Of a DNA stretch of 32,000 nt, positions 17,632-26,111 are shown in pieces. Source of the stretch: Planctopirus limnophila DSM 3776 (lineage in GTDB: Bacteria > Planctomycetota > Planctomycetia > Planctomycetales > Planctomycetaceae); NCBI RefSeq assembly GCF_000092105.1, contig NC_014148.1, positions 1,110,001-1,142,000 on the forward strand, given 5' to 3'. The notes under the pieces are model-generated. The model ran no database searches. It was not told the DNA's origin and saw nothing but the letters and a program-made list of their open reading frames with translations. A program made the position numbers and the translations under genes. The first letter of the stretch is position 1. Every line of letters starts with the position of its first letter.

Positions 17632-17849
17632 TTAATTCCTAATCACCAGGTGTCACAGTTTGGAATCCTGATATCCTCGTAGGTGATGACGTCAAACACG
17701 GCATAGCTCCTGACTAACAATATTTCTGGTTCAGTCGTATTTCACGTGAACAGCCAAGATCGCTCACTAAATGGCACCGCACATCCGCTACCTGCGGCCC
17801 GCAGGTATCCCATATACGGTCAATATGTTGTCCTGCCGAGATATACTTT

Positions 17850-18968
17850 TCAATTACGAAACTGTGCATGACACCCTGCACACGATTGCTGTAAGGCTTC
17901 GAGGCTTGTGCGGCATGTTTTCAGTCGTGCTGAGATGTCTTCTGAGCTGTCCACGGCCGCAGCCAGTTCACTGCGAATCGCTACAGCATGGCTCAGGGAG
18001 GTTTTGAGGAATTGTCGATACTGCGTCTGCTGCTCGGGTGGCATCATGGGGAATTGTGGCTCCAGCAGCCGTTGGTATTCGAGGAATGCTTCTTCAATAT
18101 CAATTGCCTGTTCCTGCCAGATTTTGAGCTGTGCAGGTAACTCTTTGTTCGCCAGCGGCTCGCCCACTTTTCGCAAGACCAGCAGTTGATCGAAGCTGCA
18201 GTCGATTTCGGACATCAACCTGGCGGGCGAAAGATCCTGGATCGCTTCCGGAAGTTTTTCCGGCACCCGGGCGAGTTCTTGAGCCTGAAGCGGTTGCGCT
18301 GTGCGAGCAGCTTCGTAGAGCCCGCGGTACTTCGGATCGGTGCCGAACGTTTTGAGTAAGGTGTCGGTTTCCAGATCGGTCACGGTGCACTTGAGTGCTG
18401 CGACCAGTGCTGCCGGCCCGCGATGTTTGCCGTGATGACAATGGACATAGACCGGCTCATGATTTCGCTGCAACACTGAGGCGAGCGAAACAATCTGGTC
18501 GCGCGAGAGTGCCGAGTATTTGACCGGGATATGCACGTATTTCAAGCCATGTTTCTTCGCCAGCTCGACCAGGGGCGGCGCTCCATCGACTGAGATAATC
18601 GTCTTTACTCCCGAGGCAGCCAGTTCCGCCATGGCAGCGTCGGTCTCTGGGCTGCCACCAAACCAAATGGCCTGCGTGTCGACGGCCTGATCAGTCGCTG
18701 ATGCTTCAGCAGGCTTTAACTCAATGCGATGCAGATTTTCCAGGTGAGCCGACTCGATTTTCTTCGCAGAAAACTCGACAGCGGGCTGGCGAGCCTGTGC
18801 TGGTTCCTGTCCTTGGGCAACAGCAGGCCACCAGGCGCAATCTTCCACCCAGAGTGAAGCCTGCAGCTCAAGTCCCAGGGGCCACACTGTGGCCATCAGA
18901 ACCCATCCCCAGTATCGAAAGCAGCTTCCCTGATGGGGATGGGGCATGTGCGGTACTCCGGCATTCAA
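17850..18968 (-). CDS. Exported fusion protein: Cys-based PTP/DSP-like phosphatase domain plus a C-terminal class II cytochrome c (cytochrome c'-like) domain
   Basis: 372 aa with a hydrophobic N-terminus (FRYWGWVLMATVWPLGL). The P-loop VHCHHGKHRG (HCX5R, nt ~18420-18443) lies within ...GVKTIISVDG...YVHIPV.... The last ~130 aa look helical and end in SCAGCHAQFRN (CXXCH at nt 17868-17882), the arrangement seen in class II c-type cytochromes. Confidence 0.75.
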   Translation of the reverse strand: MNAGVPHMPHPHQGSCFRYWGWVLMATVWPLGLELQASLWVEDCAWWPAVAQGQEPAQARQPAVEFSAKKIESAHLENLHRIELKPAEASATDQAVDTQAIWFGGSPETDAAMAELAASGVKTIISVDGAPPLVELAKKHGLKYVHIPVKYSALSRDQIVSLASVLQRNHEPVYVHCHHGKHRGPAALVAALKCTVTDLETDTLLKTFGTDPKYRGLYEAARTAQPLQAQELARVPEKLPEAIQDLSPARLMSEIDCSFDQLLVLRKVGEPLANKELPAQLKIWQEQAIDIEEAFLEYQRLLEPQFPMMPPEQQTQYRQFLKTSLSHAVAIRSELAAAVDSSEDISARLKTCRTSLEALQQSCAGCHAQFRN

Positions 18969-19006
18969 AAGGCTTGCTAGGCGATGTGAACCTGTCGAGG
19001 TTCACG

Positions 19007-21055
19007 TTACTTCTCGGACTTCAGCCGCCATTGTTCATCGAAGAAGCCCGCTTTGACAATCTTGCCCGGGTAGCGGGCATCAGGAGGTGTGCGGCAATCG
19101 ATGATCGCCCAATCGGGCAGCTTCGGCACCTGACGGGCATTATTCAGATAATCGTATTCACGATATGTCAGCCCGCTGTTCAAAACAATGTACCGATCTG
19201 GTGCTGATGGATTCGGGTAAATCAACACGGGCAGATGGTCGGTATCGGAGAACTTGGAATTCCCCACAGTCCAGTTCGTGCCTGTTTTGCGGATTGGCAA
19301 CTGGGAGGCCAACTGGCCAATGAGCGGATTGCTTTGTTCATCGCCCCACAGAATCAGGTGCGAGTTTTTCATGACCTCTGGCGTCACCTGATCGGCCTTC
19401 AGCACTCGAACTTCACCCCGCATCTGCCGCTGCCATTCTTTCTGGGCACGGGCTGCTTCACTCTGCACCCACGCCTCCACCACCGGGCTGGAACTCTTTC
19501 CCGAAGGAAGCACAAACACAAACGAATCCATCAAAGCGTCATCAATCGGGCCTTGCAGATTGTGGGATTTTCTCAAGCCCTCCACAGGGCGGGGGCCGGC
19601 TTTCCACAACCCGTTCACCTGGTGGAATTGAGCCATCCACGAGCCATCCGACATCCGACCGGGGACGGAAAGACTCTGTGGCTTCTTTCCGTCGAACTCA
19701 ACGACAATGCTCTGATTGATCAATGGGAAAGCTCCCGCCTCGAAGTTCAATTCGAGGTCGGTGACCCGCTCAGATCGAATGCGAATCCCGCCGGGAGAAA
19801 TCAGCGTGGCGTCCACCGTTCCAAACGTCCAATGCTCTTCCAGTCCCGTCACCCGCACCCAGAAACTACGGTCATATTTGAGCGTACACGTCGTGAAATG
19901 GACTCGCTCGGGGACTCGATTTCGCCCTGCGACTGCCAGTGAAGCCATCCGCTTCTCGATCTCCACTTTCGAATCAGGATGCAGCTTGTGGGCGGTTTGC
20001 GGGCCGATGATATGGACCAGTCGATCCCCCAGTTTCGCCATGGCGGCTTCCATGACATCCGCCGCCTGCTTCTGTTTGTCGATTTCGCCGCTGTAGGCAA
20101 TGGTGGGCAGGTTCTTCAGGTTCAGTGCCCAATAAGGCGCGTCGTAGAGCTTCCAGAGGGTTTGCTCAAATTCGGAAGGAGCCAGCTTTTCCTGCTGGAA
20201 GACATTGAGGAACAATGGCGTCTCCGAGAATCCTGCCCCGGGATTGGCAGCAAACCAGCGATCAGGATAATGGACTGCCAGATGCCAGACCGCGGCGCCA
20301 CCCATCGAAAAACCACGAATCGAGATCCGATCCGGATCGACGGCATAGTGGCTCTGGGCATGCTCCAGCGCTTCCAGAGAATCGACTTCGCCAGCCAGTT
20401 TGTTGGCATTGCAGAAGCGGGCAAAGGGATGGACCACGATTGTTCGCGCCGGCGTGTACTCTCCCGCCTGCCGGCTGCGCTGATAGATGAACTGCAGCTC
20501 GGGCGTCTTTTCAGCACGCCCGCGAAACCACAGATCGCAGCGATGCAGATTGTCGGCATTGTAACTGGCGGGAACGACCACGCCGTAAGGCTGTACTGTC
20601 CCATCCAGACGCGATCGAAATCCGCGGACCACAAGGCCCGTACGCGTGGCCCAGCTGGCTTTACCGGCGGCAAGTTCTTCGGCCCGAGTCATCCCTTCAG
20701 CGAGGACATCTTTGGCCTGCTGGAATTCTTTGGCGTCGTAGAAGGTTCCCTCTTCGAGTGCCAGCCTGATTGCTCGCGGGAAGATCTCGACATCGGGAAG
20801 GTACCGAGCTGTGAAGCTATCCTTGCCGGCTTTCTCCTTGAGAAGCTTAAACTTCTCTTCGAGTTGTTTGAGGCCCGCTTCCAGTTCGGCACGAATGGCA
20901 GGATCGATGGAAATCCCGGGGGGTGGGACTGGTCGCACACTCTGCACCTGATTATCGCCCGGCCCATCAGCCCAGGCGAGGCTTGAAAGGACCAATGCCA
21001 CACACAACAGCCGGGCAGATGGAACCAGCACAGAGTCAGCCGGAAATTTTTTCAT
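19007..21055 (-). CDS. Secreted alpha/beta-fold serine hydrolase (prolyl-oligopeptidase/esterase family)
   Basis: 682 aa with a signal peptide (LLCVALVLSSLAWA). The nucleophile elbow is IRGFSMGGAAVWHLAVHYPDRW. It lies 38 nt upstream of, and co-directional with, the phosphatase-cytochrome gene. Confidence 0.82.
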   Translation of the reverse strand: MKKFPADSVLVPSARLLCVALVLSSLAWADGPGDNQVQSVRPVPPPGISIDPAIRAELEAGLKQLEEKFKLLKEKAGKDSFTARYLPDVEIFPRAIRLALEEGTFYDAKEFQQAKDVLAEGMTRAEELAAGKASWATRTGLVVRGFRSRLDGTVQPYGVVVPASYNADNLHRCDLWFRGRAEKTPELQFIYQRSRQAGEYTPARTIVVHPFARFCNANKLAGEVDSLEALEHAQSHYAVDPDRISIRGFSMGGAAVWHLAVHYPDRWFAANPGAGFSETPLFLNVFQQEKLAPSEFEQTLWKLYDAPYWALNLKNLPTIAYSGEIDKQKQAADVMEAAMAKLGDRLVHIIGPQTAHKLHPDSKVEIEKRMASLAVAGRNRVPERVHFTTCTLKYDRSFWVRVTGLEEHWTFGTVDATLISPGGIRIRSERVTDLELNFEAGAFPLINQSIVVEFDGKKPQSLSVPGRMSDGSWMAQFHQVNGLWKAGPRPVEGLRKSHNLQGPIDDALMDSFVFVLPSGKSSSPVVEAWVQSEAARAQKEWQRQMRGEVRVLKADQVTPEVMKNSHLILWGDEQSNPLIGQLASQLPIRKTGTNWTVGNSKFSDTDHLPVLIYPNPSAPDRYIVLNSGLTYREYDYLNNARQVPKLPDWAIIDCRTPPDARYPGKIVKAGFFDEQWRLKSEK

Positions 21056-21401
21056 CGGTGGATCGTCTCGTCAGTTGAATACGCATCAGGAAGGTTTGAT
21101 GCACAAGAAGTTACGATTCACGGGCGTTGATGGCAATCGACTGTGTGTTGTGGGGTGGCCGCGCATGGCCCTTTGTAGGGTGCCATGAAGTTCCGACGGA
21201 ATGCACCATCTTCAGGCCACATCAAGCCCCAAACCGAACGACGAAGGGTGCCCCGGTTGAAACTTCCATTTCTTTCGGGGGGCAAGGATACCAAAAGAGA
21301 TTTTAATCTTCTGGCGACGGCGGCAGGTGTTCTTACCTGCTAATACCAGCACTTTTGGCAAAGAAGATATGATCCATCACTAGGCGATAACGCATCAATC
21401 G

Positions 21402-21457
21402 GAATGTTTCTTGTGACTTACGTCACCCAGACGTCCAGAGCGACGTCTGGGCCACCC
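21402..21457 (+). repeat. REP-type repeat, copy A (56 nt, two hairpins)
   Basis: Sequence: gaatgtttcttGTGACttaCGTCACCCAGACGTCcagagcGACGTCTGGGccaccc. The 10-bp stem is 21426-21435 paired with 21442-21451. Copy A matches copy B at 55 of 56 positions. Confidence 0.85.
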
Positions 21458-21478
21458 TGCGTTAAGCATTATGCCCAT

Positions 21479-21964
21479 TTACTGTTGCGGCTTGAGTAAC
21501 TCGCACGCCTTAGAAAACCCATACCGTTGAGCCATGTCATACGGTGTGCCATGTTTATTCTTTGAGTTTGGATCAGCACCATATTCCAAAAGTAGGCGAA
21601 CAATTTCTACGTTCGGCTTTGTCCCCATTTGTCGTGCACAGTCAGCTTCTGAGTCAACTGCCCAGTGAAGTGGCGAGGACATAACCGTAGGTTGAAAGTT
21701 TACATCTGCACCGTGCTCACACAGCATCTTAACTAGACTCAGGTCACCTTTCTCTATGGCACAATACAAGGGTGGCATGCCTATACCGGCGAACATGTTA
21801 ATTGGCGCCCCAACTTCAAGTAGGCGAACGATCATTGGCGCTTTCTCGAACCAAATGGCTTCCGATAGTGCGTAGTTAAGTTCTTCTGCATTATGTGAAT
21901 GCTTGCTTAGGTAGTCATTTAAGTCGTCGAGTGTCCCATTTTCGATGATGTTTTCAATATCCAT
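21479..21964 (-). CDS. Ankyrin-repeat protein
   Basis: 161 aa with ANK consensus repeats (PPLYCAIEKGDLSLVKMLCEHGADVN; SPLHWAV; VEIVRLLLEYGADPNSKNKHGTPYDMA). Hand count gives ~40-42% GC. It is flanked by the inverted repeat copies A and C. Confidence 0.85.
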   Translation of the reverse strand: MDIENIIENGTLDDLNDYLSKHSHNAEELNYALSEAIWFEKAPMIVRLLEVGAPINMFAGIGMPPLYCAIEKGDLSLVKMLCEHGADVNFQPTVMSSPLHWAVDSEADCARQMGTKPNVEIVRLLLEYGADPNSKNKHGTPYDMAQRYGFSKACELLKPQQ

Positions 21965-22009
21965 GAATCATCTTCCTTGAGAGGCATGTTTGTTGATGGT
22001 GGGGTGGTA

Positions 22010-22065
22010 GGGTGGCCCAGACGTGGCTTTGCACGTCTGGGTGACGATAGTCATAAGAAAGACAC
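22010..22065 (-). repeat. REP-type repeat, copy C (inverted relative to A and B)
   Basis: Matches the reverse complement of copy A at 47 of 56 positions. Hairpin: cccagacgtG (22016-22025) pairs with Cacgtctggg (22032-22041). The pair closing the stem is changed on both arms (C-G to G-C), so pairing is kept. Confidence 0.8.
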
Positions 22066-22091
22066 CACAAACGCTCTCCATTGAAAGGGAA

Positions 22092-22634
22092 TTATTGCAC
22101 CCACGAAATGGGCACGCCCACTGTTCGTCCCTGTTCGTACCAGCGAGCCGAACTCCATCGCCAATCCACGGCCTTCTTTGCCAGTCCGGCACGTACGGGA
22201 TTGAGATGTAAATACTGCAGCTTCTCCTGTAACTTCTGATCCGAGTAGATCTCAAATGAGTAATATCGTACCTGCCAGATCGGATCACGGGCAGATATCT
22301 CCGATTGATACGCCGGCGCGGATTCAGCGAAGTAATTCTTAATATTGCGTGATGATCGCCCCTTCCACAATTGCATGAACCGACTGAGTTGCTGAATTAC
22401 AGGAAGCCACAGCAGGATATGCACATGATCCTGCATGATCACGAATCCGGCACAGCGCGCCTGATGTCGCTCCAGTTCGTCTGCTAATACTCCAAGCAGG
22501 ATTCGCTTCGGTTGGTCTCTTGTCAGCAGTTTTCGGCGATGGTAGCAGGAAAGCGTAACGAAGTGGACATACGGGGCGTCATCCACTCGACGTGGCTTCA
22601 TCGAACGTTTTCCTGTTCTGAAATGACTGATCAA
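22092..22634 (-). CDS. REP-associated tyrosine transposase (RAYT; IS200/IS605-like Y1 HUH transposase)
   Basis: YVHFVTLSCYHRRKLL; the HUH motif in MQDHVHILLW; the Tyr motif in LQYLHLNPVRAGLAKK; WRWSSARWY. The gene is flanked by inverted hairpin repeats C and B. The start may instead be the ATG at 22601 (MKPRR). Confidence 0.85.
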   Translation of the reverse strand: MISHFRTGKRSMKPRRVDDAPYVHFVTLSCYHRRKLLTRDQPKRILLGVLADELERHQARCAGFVIMQDHVHILLWLPVIQQLSRFMQLWKGRSSRNIKNYFAESAPAYQSEISARDPIWQVRYYSFEIYSDQKLQEKLQYLHLNPVRAGLAKKAVDWRWSSARWYEQGRTVGVPISWVQ

Positions 22635-22696
22635 TATTTGTCAGTATTGCTGATTAAGAAGATCAGGACCATTTTTGAACTGTGCATCATCGTAAA

Positions 22697-22752
22697 GAAT
22701 GTTTCTTGTGACTTGCGTCACCCAGACGTCCAGAGCGACGTCTGGGCCACCC
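22697..22752 (+). repeat. REP-type repeat, copy B
   Basis: Identical to copy A except A to G at the 19th position, which is in the loop of the small gtgac/gtcac hairpin. It lies 62 nt upstream of the RAYT ORF. Confidence 0.85.
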
Positions 22753-22801
22753 GGGAAATCTAGGTCACCCCTGCCTACACTTCAGTAAACCCGAACTGCC
22801 G

Positions 22802-23728
22802 CTACTTGCCGGAAGAGTTCAGTATCTGGCGGATGACGATGAACTGGTATTTCCCTTCCTTTTGCGTCACTTCGAAGTATGTGCGGCGGATCGATTCGAT
22901 GGGGCGGTGTTGAAAGTCCTGTTCCAGCCTCAGCATCGATTGTTCCAATTGGGCCGGGTAGAAGTGCACAATGAGAGTGTCGTCACGCACAGGGATGCCA
23001 CTACGGGTCAGGAGCTCCTGATCGAGTTGTTTGCGATTGCCGCCACGCCAGGACATGAAGAGGCGTGTTTCGGCTGCTGAGGGGCCTTTGCGGACATTGG
23101 GGTTTGTTGCCGGGCGACTCAAATAACTGACAGTCCCATCCGGCTCAATCGCTCCCAGCTCAATGCCAAAAGATTCGAGTTGTCTGGCGTATTCGTCAGC
23201 CGTCAGTCTGTCATTGAAGCTGACATACCAGCGTTGTTCCCGGGAAAGCCCACCTTTGCCGGGGCCTTTGCCTAAGCCGCGGGATCCTGTGCCGCGGGCA
23301 CTCCCGACTTTTCCGGAGTTCTGAATCCCGAGATCAAACTGCTGCTCGACGAGTTCGGTCGATTGATCGGAGACGTCGAGCATTTTTTCGATGGTCTCAG
23401 CCACCTCGGCTATCTCGGAGGGGATCTCGGCAGGTGAGGCATCATTCGTTTCGGGGAATTCGTTCTCGACGCGTAACGATTCATCAGGAGTTCCGTCTTC
23501 CGAGCCCCCTGGGAGTTCGAGCATTTCGACGGGAACGACTTCGATGATTTTGACGGGACGAATGGAGCCGAAGTAGATCACTAATCCCGTGAGAGAAAAC
23601 GCCAGCCCACAGATCAGCACCACGAGCAGACTCGTGAGGAAGTTGTAAGGGGTCACTCCCAGGTGCACATTCCCGGTTTGAGCAAGTGCCGATGAGTGAT
23701 GGTTCTGATCTGTCATGTCACCGGGCAC
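22802..23728 (-). CDS. Hypothetical single-pass membrane protein
   Basis: 308-aa ORF with a TM helix (LLVVLICGLAFSLTGLVIYFGSI), an acidic linker and a ~150-aa C-terminal domain with no motif I recognise. It is co-directional with, and 69 nt downstream of, the decarboxylase gene. The start is uncertain (GTG at 23728 or ATG at 23716). Confidence 0.6.
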   Translation of the reverse strand: MPGDMTDQNHHSSALAQTGNVHLGVTPYNFLTSLLVVLICGLAFSLTGLVIYFGSIRPVKIIEVVPVEMLELPGGSEDGTPDESLRVENEFPETNDASPAEIPSEIAEVAETIEKMLDVSDQSTELVEQQFDLGIQNSGKVGSARGTGSRGLGKGPGKGGLSREQRWYVSFNDRLTADEYARQLESFGIELGAIEPDGTVSYLSRPATNPNVRKGPSAAETRLFMSWRGGNRKQLDQELLTRSGIPVRDDTLIVHFYPAQLEQSMLRLEQDFQHRPIESIRRTYFEVTQKEGKYQFIVIRQILNSSGK

Positions 23729-23797
23729 TTTTGTCGCTGGGAACGTAACGGAATCTGTGGCGAGGGATACTGACCTGCAGAACTAACGTACTGGAAC

Positions 23798-25603
23798 TTA
23801 AACATGTTTGGAAAGACGCTCGCCCAGTCGTTTGAGAGCCGGGCTGACATCGAGTGGATCGAGGTGTACGTTGAGGAGGCAGAACGTTTCTTTGTTGCTG
23901 AGAGCGGCATGCAACGATTGATCCAGTTCGCCTTCTGTGCGGACTTCGAATCCCCAGCCGCCGCCGAGGAGATCGGGCAGCCGATGATAGTCCCAGTTGA
24001 GAATATCGTTGAAGGGGCCATCCTGAATGAATCGCTCGGTGGTGTAACCTTTGTTGTTGAGCACGATGACGATGGGATTGAAATTGTGCCGCAGGACAGT
24101 TGAGAGTTCGAGGCAGGTCATCTGAAAGGCGCCATCGCCTACGAGAACAATCGGTCGGAGATCTTTGCGGGCGACCTGGACACCTAAGGCGGCCGGGATG
24201 GCAAAGCCCATCGAAGTGTAGTAAGCCGGGCTCAGGAACTCGGTATCGCGGTAGATGGTCAAATCGGCCGCGCCAAACAGGCAATCGCCCACATCCGCCA
24301 CGACGACCATTTTTTCATCGAGGAGCTCGTTGATCCGCGCGAAGAGCCGGGCACTTGTCACAGCGGTTTCGGGGACCGCCACAAATTTGGGCGTCGGCTT
24401 GGCCTTCGGTGGTAAAGGCCTTTTGGCGATTTTGACATCGAGTTTGGAAAGGCCTTTGACAAAGTCGGCCACCAGAATGTCATGGAAATGGTGATGGGAT
24501 ATCTTGAGGGTTTCACTTGTCGCATAAATAGTTTTGGATGTGTCGAGTTCGGCAGTAAAAATCCCCATATCGATATCTGTCATGAACGTTCCGAGCATGA
24601 CGATACAATCGCTCTGTTCGACATACTTTCGCACCGATTCCCGGCACATGGCCCCTTCGTAAATGCCAATAAAGAGGGGATGTTTTTCACTGATGACCGA
24701 TTTCCCCAGCAAGGTGGCAGAGATCGGAATCTCAAACTTTTCCGCAAAGTGGATCAGTTCATCCGCCAGTCCGAAGCGGTGCATTTCGACACCGGCGAGA
24801 ATAATGGGCCGCTCCGCTTTGGCGAGCATGGCTCCCGCTTCGCTCAAGGCCTCCTTGAGGGCGGCTTTATCGCTTTTGATGGTTCCGGCCTGAGGCACAT
24901 GCTGATAAGGACAACGGACCTTGATCATGTCGCGCGGCAATTCGATGTAAACCGGCCGCTTGAATCGGACGCAGGCTTCGAGCACGCGATCGATTTCCCG
25001 GCAAGCCGTCAGGGCATCGTCGAGGACTGTCGAAGCGATCGTAATCTTTTCAAAGACTTCGCGCTGAGTGCTGAATTCCCGCACGCGATGATGTAACAGC
25101 GGGTTCGAGCGTCGCTCTTCGACTCCTGGCGAGCCGGTGATGACGACGACGGGTGACTTTTCTGCAAAGGCCCCGGCGACAGAATTACAAACGCTCAATC
25201 CGCCCACGCAATAGGTCACACAAATTCCACCAATGCCATGAATGCGGGCATAACCGTCGGCGGCATACCCGGCATTGTCTTCGCGCGTGCAACCAATGAC
25301 ACGAATGGGACTGTTTTCGAGATCGCCGTAAAACTGCAGGACAAAGTCGCCAGGGATGCCAAAGATGTCCTTCATGCCGTAATCGAGCAGACGGCGGATC
25401 AGGTAATCGCCAATGGTGGGGTTTGTCTCTATAGAAGCAGTGGTGCTTGTTCCGTGAGCATGAGTTGCCAACTCTTCGACCGCTTTGGGGGAACTCCCTT
25501 TTCGCGAGTTGCCTGCCAGTGAGGCTTTGGATGTCGTTCTGGTTTTTGGAGCGCCATTTCGTCTGGGTGATGAATCGGCTGCTTTTGATGTATTGCGGGC
25601 CAT
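23798..25603 (-). CDS. Thiamine-diphosphate-dependent 2-keto-acid decarboxylase (indolepyruvate/pyruvate decarboxylase family)
   Basis: Contains [75 protein letters not shown] and LLHH. The TPP motif is [29 protein letters not shown]. There is a ~60-aa S/T/K-rich N-terminal extension before the conserved core. Confidence 0.88.
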   Translation of the reverse strand: MARNTSKAADSSPRRNGAPKTRTTSKASLAGNSRKGSSPKAVEELATHAHGTSTTASIETNPTIGDYLIRRLLDYGMKDIFGIPGDFVLQFYGDLENSPIRVIGCTREDNAGYAADGYARIHGIGGICVTYCVGGLSVCNSVAGAFAEKSPVVVITGSPGVEERRSNPLLHHRVREFSTQREVFEKITIASTVLDDALTACREIDRVLEACVRFKRPVYIELPRDMIKVRCPYQHVPQAGTIKSDKAALKEALSEAGAMLAKAERPIILAGVEMHRFGLADELIHFAEKFEIPISATLLGKSVISEKHPLFIGIYEGAMCRESVRKYVEQSDCIVMLGTFMTDIDMGIFTAELDTSKTIYATSETLKISHHHFHDILVADFVKGLSKLDVKIAKRPLPPKAKPTPKFVAVPETAVTSARLFARINELLDEKMVVVADVGDCLFGAADLTIYRDTEFLSPAYYTSMGFAIPAALGVQVARKDLRPIVLVGDGAFQMTCLELSTVLRHNFNPIVIVLNNKGYTTERFIQDGPFNDILNWDYHRLPDLLGGGWGFEVRTEGELDQSLHAALSNKETFCLLNVHLDPLDVSPALKRLGERLSKHV

Positions 25604-26111
25604 ATCCTGACTCCCTGGAAATAGAATCGATCGCTCAGTGAAGAGTATTGATTCGTGAATGAATTCGATCTGCGCGTCGGTGCCTCACTGGAAATTCTCA
25701 GGTGCTGACGATTCAGGGTCAATTCGAGATTCCGAAAGAATCGAAGTTGCCGGGTAATGATTGGCCAGGTTGGCAGAAAATGGCTGGTATCAATGACCGT
25801 TGATTCACAGTGGAAAAGCGAATTGGCAAACTCCTCGCGCCGTGGGAGAGATGCACAGAGAGTTGCTAGCGTGAGGGAACGCATCACGCTAAAGACATAT
25901 GTTTCGAACTGGAAGGCCGCTGCGATTCCTTCTGTAACCTTATTGAGGAAGCGATCAAAAGTTGGCGTAGCGGGCCCATTGCGAGAGATTCTTCAACTCG
26001 CGATCGATTCATCAGGGAATAAGTACCGTCTTTAGCTGCTGGCATACGACTTGCTCATTCTTCCTACAACCCGCTCCTCGCTCAATTTGGAGGCACTAGT
26101 CAGATCTGTCT

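Larger units (their letters stand above)
21402..22752 (-). mobile_element. REP/RAYT island: REP-A, ankyrin gene, REP-C (inverted), RAYT gene, REP-B
   Basis: Defined by the three repeat copies and the HUH/Y1 transposase gene. The whole segment is visibly more AT-rich than its flanks. Confidence 0.7.

Noticed and set aside
17643-17741. 32-codon open stretch (...SYAVFDVITYEDIRIPNCDTW*) ending 11 nt upstream of the SMI1/KNR4 gene, considered as a toxin C-terminal remnant
   Set aside because: It has no start codon, is bounded by an in-frame stop, and is too short to recognise any toxin domain by eye. It is mentioned only as context for the SUKH finding.
17790-17806. Palindrome acctgcggcccgcaggt downstream of the phosphatase-cytochrome gene, considered as an intrinsic terminator
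   Set aside because: No U-rich tract follows it on the minus strand and the loop is very tight, so I cannot call it a terminator.
19979-20986. 335-aa plus-strand ORF, together with 19235-19942, 6763-7371, 7867-8481, 24482-25096, 16245-16874, 26253-26963, 10631-11260 and 27798-28226
   Set aside because: Each lies antisense to, and fully within, a gene whose product has clear family motifs (GFSMGG hydrolase, VWA, TPP enzyme, SDR, OpgG and others). Their translations are low-complexity, R/G/P-rich and motif-free. These are typical shadow ORFs in GC-rich coding DNA.
21150-21200. Imperfect hairpin gcatggccctttgtagggtgccatg, preceded by ggggtggcc and considered as a fourth, degenerate REP copy
   Set aside because: It shares only the short ggggtgg/ctttg strings with the REP unit, and the stem sequence is unrelated. 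The similarity is too weak to call by eye.
25757-26035. 92-aa plus-strand and 152-aa minus-strand (25429-25887) ORFs in the decarboxylase/opgG divergent spacer
   Set aside because: They overlap each other or the decarboxylase N-terminus, have no RBS or motifs, and have basic, low-complexity translations.
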